Shown here: one piece after another, positions 54,601 to 64,000 of the stretch | How the letters are laid out: the number at the start of each line of letters is the position of its first letter | Position numbering within the stretch: the stretch's first letter is position 1 | From: an uncultured bacterium | GTDB taxonomy: Bacteria; Patescibacteriota; Patescibacteriia; Magasanikbacterales; GWA2-37-8 | Direction of reading: 5' to 3' | Assembly (NCBI GenBank): GCA_937903605.1 | Contig: CALCZC010000016.1 | Coordinates: forward strand, 3,183-67,182 | Length of the DNA: 64,000 nucleotides | The notes under the pieces: model-generated | Seen by the model: only the letters and a program-made list of their open reading frames with translations | Told to the model about the DNA's origin: nothing | Databases searched by the model: none | Made by a program: the position numbers and the translations under genes

Positions 54601-56214
54601 TATGTTATGGAAGAAAAGATATTAGATGCTGGTGTTTATAAAAGAGAGAATGGCATCCGATGGGATGGAGGCATTAATTTCGCTAAAGTATGGCCAGAGA
54701 GTGTTAATAAGATATATCTTATGCCAAATGATAGTTTTAATTATATGTATAATAGAATGTTTCATATTGGGGCAACGGCCTCTTGGGAAGACCCTAAATT
54801 TAACTATTATCTTTGGAATTTCGACCAAGATATTACTGCCAATTATCCAAATGCTGGAAGCGCAAGTGCTACATCAGCTGGATGGTCAAAAACTCCTAGC
54901 CAATATGATGCCTCTTTAATAATTAAGCCCGTACTTAATGGATTTTCTGGAAGCATAAGTATCGTTAAAACAGAAAAAAAGACTATATCAATTAAAACAA
55001 TATGTCCAACGTATAAATTAAAATGGCAAAGCCCAATCCCTTTAGATAACCACAAATCCTCTTTTCAGCCAGTTTCGATTCCAATTAAAATATCGAAAGA
55101 TGGGGCTGATGAATATATTAATGATGCAGTATATTTTGACGCATATGTTTGTGGAGAAGATGGTAGTAATATTAATTTTATGAATGCCAGCAATCCTGGA
55201 CCCGAAACCGCTAGGAGATGGGTATCTCCTATTGGATTAAATCAAATAATACAATGGGATTTTACAGATAGTCAGGGTAAAATGGTAAAAACGGCAGCTA
55301 GTCCTGGCTATAAATATAAAGCACAAATATTAAATGTTTTTGATATATACGGGGAAGGCGTAGAGGTAATAAAAGATAATATTATAAATTTAATAGATGG
55401 AAGAATAAAAACGGCTTCAAATTCATATGTATTGTCTTATTCTAGCCCAAGCGATTCTCCGTCTAATTCTTGGTCAGTTATATCTCATGGATATGGGGCA
55501 TATAGTGAAACAAAACACCAGAATAAGGCTCAAGGACCATGGAAAATTCAGCTTACCCCATGGACTTTCTGCAGTCCATTATATTCTCAAAACAGAATAC
55601 ATCATGTATTCAGTGCTATATCAAAATATTCATTTACTAAATTTATATTTTATAAAAACGTTGCTGTATCCAATCCATTATGGTCTAAAAGCAACTTATT
55701 AACTGCTCCGGCATCCTTAAGGAATACTTTATCCCAAGCGATAAAGATTGATTTTTCGCAAGAATATTATTACTTTAGATTATTCTTTTTGTCAGAATAT
55801 TTAGCAAATCATATGGCGCCGTCGGGAGTTACTGTTTCTCAGATCTGGAACCCATACATATTTATAGAATATAGAGATAATACTTCTAAGAGAGAATGTA
55901 AAATAAAATATTTTCCAATATCTTTTTCAAATATAAGGAATACATGGACTTCTTCTTCTTATATTTTTAATGTAAATAATGATTTTTTAGATATTGACAT
56001 TATACAGGCAATAGGAGTAGAATTTAGATGTTTAGATTCATCTTGCCCACAAGTATTGCTTAACACATATGTAGACAATAGAATGAATGGTTCGATTGAA
56101 GAATATTTATCAATAGATAAATTTGAATTTGGCAAGGGAAACGTAATTCTCCCTGATTATCAAGACTCTAATGGAGACCCAAGAAGTAGTGGCACTTTTT
56201 ATTTTATGGACTAA
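51619..56214 (+). CDS. large tail tip/baseplate structural protein, 1531 aa
   Basis: Size and position; S/T/N-rich beta-type composition. Confidence 0.55.
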   Translation: MQTKNDSTINSVLSLNDVSYAKTARPAEYIEVFEGSIYEWQADTVNATWNRIDCSILNLNFQQGQSKTVSAQVSIELFRNSGGQLEYNYDTGIYTSTTGLHLSKGYLIRAYTGYCENEAPYTEHVKLRFTGIIESILPNDDGIIEVNGVDFSVIFMNALNYNYPDINSYRDLPWEITSAQLAADIDDSAISFNVLNNSGSITLGAKIKIDSEIMLVLDVSVAGEITTLTVQRLSGVSMHLRDTYLYTGDEFLVMPDDVYNNGLLNKYVPAYDNWRLDYALRDLCIKSKFPLGLFSIAYNDSSTIRLGRSDKYPYMQSKSIFEKMAQSSAISVPIFDNEKYDKTSSISYTSVVERKVYAGIDEELLNGAKFKLEFGQSLWDCILSLVDGFGFKVFFNESGVLVIKSIRQYEWLAPYNISENAVEIIENHVWSWEAWDIASHPSKRYTFLLTSANIPTVANIRNLKVRFISNSEDTDSAYIQLRKNNSGTWQDVGLPILIPALKKYQYYESEIYRAATSDTIFIEGEYGIEMVSSPSEAPYFNGLMYLDTNDEVICFECDSTTNAIISSAVNSAAEVRNQMTVIGLPESPQPIISKSVDTSSIYGGKNIIKGGWTGKDSFVSSDHPFMDGRYDKYELFKGTDGLGVRVYSLKANWNLIHIAFKPQTTPIGETIWVTNSTGTEVICGEHIITDNDLTSFGVWLKIPKTYNESMVRIYSSIDLYVSEIECFESDPSFNFVGHLKETIVIKKNISDKATSDWISLTQLEMHRRNVKQFQISSLSNPYIEIGDCIVVSAPEVGLFNDTRVWVTGIGSEISRVGAIDNLTVVALPPMQSYIKPPDPTPRFLTNSAHGFSISRKSVETNQEIGSATEFEEHGDIKTAYNLDASQTNISVFCQDEFSISPGQLVQIDSEFMLVSHAIIDYDVNIGNWYGALTVIRGSNYTIASTHVEASLVIANKVCTGFQPPNEYLTFNFALTRPQKVQIVVGILHRNHTLAYVMEEKILDAGVYKRENGIRWDGGINFAKVWPESVNKIYLMPNDSFNYMYNRMFHIGATASWEDPKFNYYLWNFDQDITANYPNAGSASATSAGWSKTPSQYDASLIIKPVLNGFSGSISIVKTEKKTISIKTICPTYKLKWQSPIPLDNHKSSFQPVSIPIKISKDGADEYINDAVYFDAYVCGEDGSNINFMNASNPGPETARRWVSPIGLNQIIQWDFTDSQGKMVKTAASPGYKYKAQILNVFDIYGEGVEVIKDNIINLIDGRIKTASNSYVLSYSSPSDSPSNSWSVISHGYGAYSETKHQNKAQGPWKIQLTPWTFCSPLYSQNRIHHVFSAISKYSFTKFIFYKNVAVSNPLWSKSNLLTAPASLRNTLSQAIKIDFSQEYYYFRLFFLSEYLANHMAPSGVTVSQIWNPYIFIEYRDNTSKRECKIKYFPISFSNIRNTWTSSSYIFNVNNDFLDIDIIQAIGVEFRCLDSSCPQVLLNTYVDNRMNGSIEEYLSIDKFEFGKGNVILPDYQDSNGDPRSSGTFYFMD

Positions 56215-56222
56215 GGAGATTT

Positions 56223-59200
56223 ATGGATACAAGAAATCTATATACAAGCCTACCAGAGAAAATTAATCGTCAAATTGAAAAGAAAACACAGACGAATAAT
56301 ATTAACATAACTTCTGTAGAAAGTGTTGCTAATGATGGAGTAATACCATTATATCTTTCTGAGTTAAGCGCCCCCTTCGATTCTAAAATACCTCCCGCTA
56401 CCCCTGAAATAAGATGGCAAACATATTATGAAGGCGGATACCCTGTAGTTCGGGTGGAAATTATATTTTCTGGCAGAGATAAATTAGGGCATGAGATGAA
56501 TGTGCCTGTGATGGCAGATATATATCGAGATAAGAATAATGATGGCGTCTTCGAAGATGATGAATATATAAATTCTTTGGATTTAAAAATTTCAAATATA
56601 TTTATAGACCGAGATGTTCCCAAGGACTCAATTATCCGGTATAAAATATTATTAAAAGCTGGGAATAAACAGCAAACATGGAGTGAACCAGTTATCGTAT
56701 CTACTAGCGATAATATAATTCCCGCAATCCCCGCAGTTGGAGTTGACCCTGATTCTGGATTAGATAATATAGTTGTATTAACAGACAATTTAAATTCTAT
56801 TACAAATGGGGACAATTGTAATGCTGTTTTAAAAATAAAACAACATAATGACGACGATTTTAAATTATTTGAAATACGATACAGAGTCGTGGGACAAAGC
56901 AAATGGGAAAAGCATGTAGATATACTATCCGGCGCAGCAGAACAAGATGGCTACTATTATGTTGGCCTTAAGAATTTAATTCGTGGGCAATTCTATGAGA
57001 TACAAGTAAGAGCGCAACGTAATTCTGGGTCGGCATCTGATTGGTCAGCATCGATTCAATTCCGTGCCGGCGATTATATCGGACCGCAGAAGCCAGAGAA
57101 CGTATATGCAATAAATGTAAGCACCGATGTAGCGCTTGGCCTTCAAGTATGTTGGAGTGCTCCTGCGGCTACTGGCAATACTGGTATTAAATATTATCGG
57201 GTTTATAGATGGGAATATGACAATACAACATCTCTTTATGTCGATGGTACGAAAACTCTTATAGGAAATTTTGATACATCTTCATTCCCATATATGACTA
57301 CATGGGGGCATATAGACGAGACAGTAGTGGAAGGAAGATATTACGCATATGAAGTATCTGCAATATCTGACGATACAGATAGCAATCCATCATCTGCTGT
57401 TTGGACTTATCCCGATTTAGTCGCATATATCTCTGATAGTCCTATTTTAACTACATCATTTGTTAATAGAGATAATAATTTCCCTATATTGATTGACTGG
57501 ACTGGTTATGCCGGAGGATATCATGGAACATATATTGCTTTCCGTGAATTAGATAGGGATAAGAGAACTTTATTTCGTAAAGATTTTAAATCATCAGTTC
57601 AATCGTATACGTTAACTCTTCAAGACTTCGCCGAAGAGGATGCCAGAGACTTTATGGATATCGATCCTATGCTTGGGCTTAATCCTGGCGATGTTAATTA
57701 TTCTATTGAAGTTGGAGCGGTTTATAATGCTACATATGCAGGAACAAGGCGCACTCGTGCTGGCAAAGATACGATATTGCTTAATCCTAAACCAGCAAAT
57801 GTTCAGAATTTTGAAGCTACATATGACGCTCTTCGCCATCAGATAGACTTTAAGTGGACTAAAAATGCAGATGCATTTCTTACTGGCTATGAAATAAAAT
57901 CGATAACAGAGGCAAACTATCTTTTACTTTTAGCCACTACTGGAGAAACGGAAGAGGATAATTTAATAAGAAGAACCATATGGACAAATGGCGAAACATT
58001 AGCAAATACGACTGTATTGAATAAAAACATAATTAACTGGACATGGCAAATGCCAATAGGCGTTACTCCAAGCCCAGAAGCACCGAGTGCTTATTATTTC
58101 TTAATTAAAGCAGTTGGCGATTTCTTCATTGATTATAAATATCGTAGTGCAGAATTAGAAAAGATTATCTACTCAAAAGAATCTGATACTGCAACTACAA
58201 CGGTATTACAGAAACTTCCCGCGCCTACAGTTGATACGGTCTCATATACCTCTGCTGTTTTAGATGGCAAAGTAATGAGAATGAACTGGACTATAACTTT
58301 AACTGAAGCACAGAAAAGACAATTTAAAGAGTTCTGGCTTTATATGTCAACTACTGCGACAGATGTTGATAGTTTCAACCCAACATATCGTGTTTGGCGT
58401 GGCGCTGATTTAACTACAGTATTAGAGAAAGACCATTTAGGCAATGCTCTTAATTATGCAACTACTTATTATTTTAGAGTAGTGGCAGTTGACCAGTATG
58501 ATAACCCTGGCAATTTATCAGAAAGATTTACTAACTATCCTGCTGGGTCGCTATCTGTTTTACCACAGTGTCGTATAACTGGCGCAACTGTTATTAGAAG
58601 CGTTCCTGTTGAGCTTAACAGCCAAAGCGAAACTCCATTCCACGATAGCACATTAGTTGATGTTTATAACACGCGCTCAATGCAATTCGAGATACCAGTA
58701 TCATTTACGAAGAACATGTATGTTGACCGCATCAGATGGTATGTGTCAACGAGTGGTGGAGCGTATACGCTCGTTACTGAAACATTCTTCGATAAAGAGA
58801 AGGTTAATCAAGCTGTTACAATATCAGCTGGTTTTAAACAATCATATTCGTTCTCTACAGATAAGACATTATTCCAAGTTAAGGCAGTACAATATCGTCC
58901 TGATGGCGCAGAGGGAAGTTTAGTTGCCACAACGGCATCAAGATATTCTAAGATTGATACTTTGCCGCCAGCCATTGATATACAGAAAGTTTTATATCAT
59001 GTAGATGGCACTAATGCTATCAACAAGAATGGATATATAAACAAAAAGATAACTGATAGTGGAATTGATATATATTTTAGATCTTATGAAAAAGAAAGCA
59101 ATTCTGGTATTCAGAAAACAGAATATACAGTTGATGGCGCGACTTGGACATCTTGTATATCTCCGCTTAATATAACAAATGTAATGCTGGGCGCAGATAC

Positions 59201-62200
59201 CGCGAATGGGTTATATCGTGACTTTGAAATTAAATTAAGAGCATATGATAATGCAGACAATGTTATCGAACAGATTATTAAGTTTAAAAAAGATACAATT
59301 GGTCCTTCGGCAAGCGATTTGCCTACATCTTTGACATGGGCATTTGGTCGTGATGTTAAATTATCATGGACTAACCCAACTGTAAGCAACCGAAACCTTT
59401 ATGATGGATTGAAGTTGTTTATAGGCGGAATTTTAGAAGACGCTCAGGAATACACTTTAGATAGCAATCCGTTTATATTTAGACCAGCTTTAGAGCCAGA
59501 AGAAGATTCAGTTGAATTATATCTCGCTGCATTTGATATAGCAGATAACTATACATATTTAGATGAGAATGGCGCTGTTCAAAGCGGTCCATATAAAATA
59601 ACACTTGTTAATTATCCGCCGGCTGCTCCTGCAAACTTAACCGTAGAACAGGCAATTAGTGGCGTTAAAGCCAAATGGGACGCTGTAACAACTGATACTA
59701 ATGATGGCGCAGAGGAAGTAGAGAAATATCAAGTCTCTTATGGCCTTGGCGAAACAGAGGGTGGAGTTTCGGTATGGAATGATGCTGGATATTTCTATTC
59801 TACTGAGGCGTCTATTACTTTATCATCTTCTGATATGGCTTTATGTGCCGCAAATACTAACTTATATTTATTTGTTAAAGTAAGAGCATATGACTATTGG
59901 GGATTAGATGGTGCATATTGTTCTGCGAATGGCGCTCGTCCTCGCGAGATCACTGCTGTTGATATGGAAGGCAATATATTTGACTTTGAAGTATCTTTTG
60001 GTGGCGGAGCAACAATGACGGGCGGAGGCAGTTCTCCTGCTAATGCTTATGACTTAGTTGATGCCGACTATGATAATGCAAGATATGTTCGCATTAATAA
60101 TACATCTGCTTATAATGGCTATGTTCAGATAGATTTTAAAAAGGCAGAATGGCTTCCTGAGATTAAAATTAAATTAAAATATGGTATTCCAGTTAATTTC
60201 TTTATTGAATATCAAGAAAAAACTGCTGGTACTGTGTCATGGGGACATTACTTAGTCCCTACAAGTGGTCATACTTTTAATACAGTGGGCAGTATTACAA
60301 AAACTGCAACGAAACCATCAGTTAGTGATGAAAAGTATTTTAGCCACAATGAAGTCGGGCCTGGCGAAGAATATAATGCATTATTTACAAGATTAAACTT
60401 TGCAAGTGATACGAGAGCATTGTTTGTTCAAGGCATTAGAGTCTATTTTGTAACAGAAGGAAATATTGATGTAGTCGAAGTTCAGCCGATCATAGAAAGT
60501 ATTGCAAACATATTTTATGGCTCCGAGATTAATTTAGATAAGTTAGTTTCTATAAGAAGCAATGCAGACAGCATTAACTATATATATCTTACAAAATTGG
60601 GCCTAACAATATATGGGAATAATGGGTCTGGTGTATCTGAGCAAAAAGTTACGATTGGATATCTTGACACGAATATATATGGAGCTTGGCTTAGAGACAG
60701 GGTATATATTGGCGGAAGCTCTTACAGTAATGCTCCGATTCAGATTGTAGGAGCGTCTGCTTCTATTAATCTCGGAGGGCTATATGCGACCCCAAGTCAG
60801 TCTTATATTAGTGGGGCCAATGGCAGTTTCTCTACGGGCAATGGTCTATCCACTAATTATCTATCTGCAACTGCATCTGGATCTACAATGGGGCCAACCG
60901 ACAGTCAAGTGTCTTCTACATCCGCTGGAACAGAAATAAAACAAAAAGTTAGCGTTGATACAACAAAAGGGTGGTCGCAATATAATAATTATTATATCCA
61001 ATTTGGAGTCGGATTAACATATGGGGCCGAGGTTCGCGCTCAATTGGGAAGGCTCGCTGCTAACGTTTATGGGTCATGGTTAACCAATGGCGTATATATT
61101 GGGGGAACATCTTATGCCAATTGCGAGTTAAGATTAACTGCGTCTACACTTGAAATGGGGTATATTTCCGCCGACGTCTATAATATGACACTAACTTCTT
61201 CTGCGTTATCTGTTGGCAGAACAGGAAGTTATTATAATGCTAAATTTGAATCAGCAGCTATATCGTTAGGATATCATATAAATGGATATGCGATTATCGT
61301 TGGGGCTTCCGAAATTAAAATGAAGCTTCCCTCTGAAACAACATATAATCTATCTATTACATCTGGACAGATAGGACTTGGATATACGGGTGGGTATTAT
61401 AATACTAAAATAACAGGCGGAGCAATATCAATAGGGCATCTTAGTGGCGGAACAAATTATGCCTTAACTATGGATTATTCCGTTGCAGAAGCAAATAGAT
61501 ATTTTAGTATTAAGGGCATGACACTTGTAGAATTTTTCCGTGTTGGAAGAGTAACATATGGCGCATATACTAGAGATATAACTTGGACAAACAGAATGCA
61601 TCTTGGAAAAGATTATACTACGGCTATGACTGACCCTGGGTTAGTAGACTCAACTTTATCTATAAAAATATATGATACAGATAATCTTTTCGGGATTGGC
61701 ATTTGCGGTAGCGCAATATCTGGTGGAAGTGCCATTCGAATAAATACAACATGCCCTGGGATGGAGATAGATACTGGCTCTTATCAATCAATAACTGCCG
61801 ACAGCAGTTATGCTGGCGGGACAATACATGGCGTAAATACAAATGCAAATGGATTTGGCGTTTATGGCTCTCATACCACGAATACTGGTGTTCGCGGCGT
61901 TAGTACAAGTGGATATGGCGTTTGGGGAGAATCCACATCTAATCATGGCATATGCGGGGAGACGGACAAAACTGATTCAAACTTAATAGCCGGAGTTTGT
62001 GGCAAGGCCACAAGTGCAATTGGCGTTTATGGAGAGACAACGACAAAATATGGAGTATTGGGAAACGCAACAACGGGCTATGGCGTGAAAGGAGAAAGCA
62101 CCTCAAGCTATGGAGTTTATGGTTATAGTGCGAATGCCACTGGCACCTATGGAGAAGGAAAGCTATATGGTGTATATGGGTATAGCTCTACTGCAATTGG

Positions 62201-62633
62201 AGTCCTTTGTGGGTCTGGGGGGGAAACATCTTTTCGCAGTTTGAAGGGTGCAGAGTTTAATTCGACTATACTTTCTGCGAGTATAGGGGCTAGCACCGGA
62301 ACGGCCCTTATTCTCGATGGAAGCGGATATATTCGAACCCTTTCTTCTTCAATTAGATACAAAACAGATGTTATAGATATTCCTATTAAATATTCAGTCG
62401 ATAGCCTACATCCCGTTGAATTTACTTTAAAAGAAACTGGACAAAGAAATATTGGTTTGATCGCAGAAGAAGTAGAACAAATTTATCCTGAAATCGTATC
62501 ATATCTTAATGGAAGAGTCGAATCAGTTAAATATACAGATATAATCCCGATCTTAATTAAAGAAATTCAAGTTTTAAAAAAATCTTTAAACGAACTTAAG
62601 ATTAAAGTTGACAGTTTGACCAAAACAGAGTAA
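56223..62633 (+). CDS. tail fiber/spike protein, 2136 aa, with Gly-rich YGV repeats and a C-terminal peptidase-S74 intramolecular chaperone domain
   Basis: C-terminal LSSSIRYKTDV ... GLIAEEVEQIYPEIV matches the endosialidase-type intramolecular chaperone auto-cleavage domain; FN3-like segments; repeated GVYGxS motifs. Confidence 0.7.
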   Translation: MDTRNLYTSLPEKINRQIEKKTQTNNINITSVESVANDGVIPLYLSELSAPFDSKIPPATPEIRWQTYYEGGYPVVRVEIIFSGRDKLGHEMNVPVMADIYRDKNNDGVFEDDEYINSLDLKISNIFIDRDVPKDSIIRYKILLKAGNKQQTWSEPVIVSTSDNIIPAIPAVGVDPDSGLDNIVVLTDNLNSITNGDNCNAVLKIKQHNDDDFKLFEIRYRVVGQSKWEKHVDILSGAAEQDGYYYVGLKNLIRGQFYEIQVRAQRNSGSASDWSASIQFRAGDYIGPQKPENVYAINVSTDVALGLQVCWSAPAATGNTGIKYYRVYRWEYDNTTSLYVDGTKTLIGNFDTSSFPYMTTWGHIDETVVEGRYYAYEVSAISDDTDSNPSSAVWTYPDLVAYISDSPILTTSFVNRDNNFPILIDWTGYAGGYHGTYIAFRELDRDKRTLFRKDFKSSVQSYTLTLQDFAEEDARDFMDIDPMLGLNPGDVNYSIEVGAVYNATYAGTRRTRAGKDTILLNPKPANVQNFEATYDALRHQIDFKWTKNADAFLTGYEIKSITEANYLLLLATTGETEEDNLIRRTIWTNGETLANTTVLNKNIINWTWQMPIGVTPSPEAPSAYYFLIKAVGDFFIDYKYRSAELEKIIYSKESDTATTTVLQKLPAPTVDTVSYTSAVLDGKVMRMNWTITLTEAQKRQFKEFWLYMSTTATDVDSFNPTYRVWRGADLTTVLEKDHLGNALNYATTYYFRVVAVDQYDNPGNLSERFTNYPAGSLSVLPQCRITGATVIRSVPVELNSQSETPFHDSTLVDVYNTRSMQFEIPVSFTKNMYVDRIRWYVSTSGGAYTLVTETFFDKEKVNQAVTISAGFKQSYSFSTDKTLFQVKAVQYRPDGAEGSLVATTASRYSKIDTLPPAIDIQKVLYHVDGTNAINKNGYINKKITDSGIDIYFRSYEKESNSGIQKTEYTVDGATWTSCISPLNITNVMLGADTANGLYRDFEIKLRAYDNADNVIEQIIKFKKDTIGPSASDLPTSLTWAFGRDVKLSWTNPTVSNRNLYDGLKLFIGGILEDAQEYTLDSNPFIFRPALEPEEDSVELYLAAFDIADNYTYLDENGAVQSGPYKITLVNYPPAAPANLTVEQAISGVKAKWDAVTTDTNDGAEEVEKYQVSYGLGETEGGVSVWNDAGYFYSTEASITLSSSDMALCAANTNLYLFVKVRAYDYWGLDGAYCSANGARPREITAVDMEGNIFDFEVSFGGGATMTGGGSSPANAYDLVDADYDNARYVRINNTSAYNGYVQIDFKKAEWLPEIKIKLKYGIPVNFFIEYQEKTAGTVSWGHYLVPTSGHTFNTVGSITKTATKPSVSDEKYFSHNEVGPGEEYNALFTRLNFASDTRALFVQGIRVYFVTEGNIDVVEVQPIIESIANIFYGSEINLDKLVSIRSNADSINYIYLTKLGLTIYGNNGSGVSEQKVTIGYLDTNIYGAWLRDRVYIGGSSYSNAPIQIVGASASINLGGLYATPSQSYISGANGSFSTGNGLSTNYLSATASGSTMGPTDSQVSSTSAGTEIKQKVSVDTTKGWSQYNNYYIQFGVGLTYGAEVRAQLGRLAANVYGSWLTNGVYIGGTSYANCELRLTASTLEMGYISADVYNMTLTSSALSVGRTGSYYNAKFESAAISLGYHINGYAIIVGASEIKMKLPSETTYNLSITSGQIGLGYTGGYYNTKITGGAISIGHLSGGTNYALTMDYSVAEANRYFSIKGMTLVEFFRVGRVTYGAYTRDITWTNRMHLGKDYTTAMTDPGLVDSTLSIKIYDTDNLFGIGICGSAISGGSAIRINTTCPGMEIDTGSYQSITADSSYAGGTIHGVNTNANGFGVYGSHTTNTGVRGVSTSGYGVWGESTSNHGICGETDKTDSNLIAGVCGKATSAIGVYGETTTKYGVLGNATTGYGVKGESTSSYGVYGYSANATGTYGEGKLYGVYGYSSTAIGVLCGSGGETSFRSLKGAEFNSTILSASIGASTGTALILDGSGYIRTLSSSIRYKTDVIDIPIKYSVDSLHPVEFTLKETGQRNIGLIAEEVEQIYPEIVSYLNGRVESVKYTDIIPILIKEIQVLKKSLNELKIKVDSLTKTE

Positions 62634-62670
62634 AATAAAGTTAGTATAATAATATTATAAGGAGTTTAAA

Positions 62671-62949
62671 ATGGATATAATTACTTACAAATGTGACGAA
62701 TGCAAATCTTTAAATCAGACTGAAGTTTATAGACAAAATCCTAAAAATTTTGATGATATAAAAGTTGAAGTTAATGGAATACAGACTGCGTCTCAAGGCG
62801 TTATTCGCTTATATCATAATTTTAAAGTTTGCAAAGAATGCCAAGCCAAAGAAACTAACTTTAAAAAATCTCTTGAAGCACTAATAGCGCCTTTAAAACA
62901 AAATCAAACCGATATGGCCGCAGAACAGAGCGCAATAATTAATTCATAA
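62671..62949 (+). CDS. zinc-ribbon small protein (CDEC ... CKEC)
   Basis: AAGGAG SD. Confidence 0.4.
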   Translation: MDIITYKCDECKSLNQTEVYRQNPKNFDDIKVEVNGIQTASQGVIRLYHNFKVCKECQAKETNFKKSLEALIAPLKQNQTDMAAEQSAIINS

Positions 62950-62967
62950 TAAATAGGAGTGAGCGAA

Positions 62968-63240
62968 ATGAACGGGAACAATATTGAAAAAGTAAAAGAA
63001 ATAATTAAAGAGACGACATCGTTTATTAATAACATTACTTTAGAAGAAGGTAAGGCTCCCGATAAAGGAGCTATTGTGTTTAAGTTTGATGGCGGCAAAA
63101 TGCTTTCCCCTATTATTATTGGCTCTGCTGATTTACTTAAATCAAAACAAGCACTTGATTTTATAATTAAAAATATAGAAATGGAACGAGACCTTGGCGC
63201 AATGCCAGAAGATGTTAGAAATAGTTTGATGCAAAAATAA
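62968..63240 (+). CDS. hypothetical small protein (start at the ATG after AGGAGTG)
   Basis: ORF. Confidence 0.4.
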   Translation: MNGNNIEKVKEIIKETTSFINNITLEEGKAPDKGAIVFKFDGGKMLSPIIIGSADLLKSKQALDFIIKNIEMERDLGAMPEDVRNSLMQK

Positions 63241-63261
63241 TTATAAAAGGCGGTTGGCAAG

Positions 63262-63975
63262 ATGGCAGAACCTAATTTAATATCTGCGTTGTTTCCTGCT
63301 TCTACAGATATATTTCCTAAGCAGAACAACTCGTACAAATATGGCGGGCTAACACTTGCCGCCGACATAACCATTGATGCAGTATCAATAGGAATAGTCT
63401 TGCCGACGGGTAAGACTATTTCTGATATTGAATATCCATGTTGGATGAGCATTGACGAAGAAATAATATGGGTAGAAACTGTTGCTGATGTTGGCGGAGT
63501 AATAACGCTTCAATCGTGTCAACGAGGGCGAGGCGATTCAATCGCTACAGATCATATAACTGGCGCTTATGTAAGACAACCATTTATTTCTGGTCATTAT
63601 AAACTATTATCAAATGCAATAACAGCAATAGAAAACTCAGTCGCAGAAGGTTATGCTTCGGTTGTCGAAGTCGCAATTGACTCTGATCCATTCGTTTATT
63701 CTTATTCAGGTCGCTTATCATCAATTTATAATATAGCCTTATCAATTACTAATTCAGGCAGCGCAGATATTTTGAATAGAGGATATACAATAAGCCATTA
63801 TTCTGGCAGAACACCAAGTTATTATGAAGGTTTTACTTTTGAAACAAATCCAGGTAGTATAAGTGCATCATTAGAAAACTTTGTAGCAGGAAATAATTAT
63901 TTTGATATAAGAGTAACTGGCGCTAATGCCGGCAGTATGAGTATTAGCTTTAAGGGAGAAGGTGCAAGTAAGTAA
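63262..63975 (+). CDS. hypothetical tail-associated protein
   Basis: ORF. Confidence 0.45.
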   Translation: MAEPNLISALFPASTDIFPKQNNSYKYGGLTLAADITIDAVSIGIVLPTGKTISDIEYPCWMSIDEEIIWVETVADVGGVITLQSCQRGRGDSIATDHITGAYVRQPFISGHYKLLSNAITAIENSVAEGYASVVEVAIDSDPFVYSYSGRLSSIYNIALSITNSGSADILNRGYTISHYSGRTPSYYEGFTFETNPGSISASLENFVAGNNYFDIRVTGANAGSMSISFKGEGASK

Positions 63976-63977
63976 TG

Positions 63978-64000
63978 AAAAAGTTTATAATTAGTTTAAT
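63978..64000 (+). CDS. start of a further gene (MKKFII ...), partial at the window end
   Basis: ATG after GGAGAAGGTG; truncated. Confidence 0.3.

Noticed and set aside
1-64000. Integrase, attP, lysis cassette or lysogeny repressor
   Set aside because: None was recognised in this window. RHH regulators are present but no tyrosine or serine recombinase motif was seen. The lifestyle cannot be decided from this fragment.

Overview
This 64-kb window looks like part of a large tailed-phage genome, or a prophage, that is AT-rich (roughly one-third GC) and siphovirus-like. Genes are tightly packed, with strong AGGAGG Shine-Dalgarno sites, sigma-A-type promoters carrying TGn extended -10 boxes, and a YpsA/SLOG homolog. 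Together these point to a low-GC Gram-positive host, which is an inference. From left to right, the window first holds a leftward operon of about 20 small ORFan early genes (1-8.7 kb). Inside it is a GC-rich island carrying an HU-like gene, structured noncoding DNA, and an origin-like or operator-like repeat region (3-5.2 kb). Next comes a repeat-dense divergent control region (8.7-9.55 kb), followed by rightward and leftward blocks of small genes that include RHH regulators, a SLOG/YpsA-family protein and a DUF1653-like protein. A tRNA-Pro(UGG) lies immediately downstream of an intact IS605-family TnpB element, whose left-end hairpin abuts a tRNA-like 5' half. After this come a phage sliding clamp, the large terminase, portal, scaffold and major capsid protein. 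A second intact TnpB follows, and then a ~7-kb island of three GT4 glycosyltransferases, one GT2 glycosyltransferase, two methyltransferase-like genes and a radical-SAM/SPASM enzyme, wedged between the capsid and neck genes. The right side holds neck genes, the major tail protein, G/GT tail chaperones with a canonical TTTTTTA -1 frameshift site, a 2550-aa tape measure protein, and giant distal tail proteins of 1531 and 2136 aa. The 2136-aa protein ends in a peptidase-S74 intramolecular chaperone domain. No CRISPR array, integrase or lysis genes were recognised in this window.
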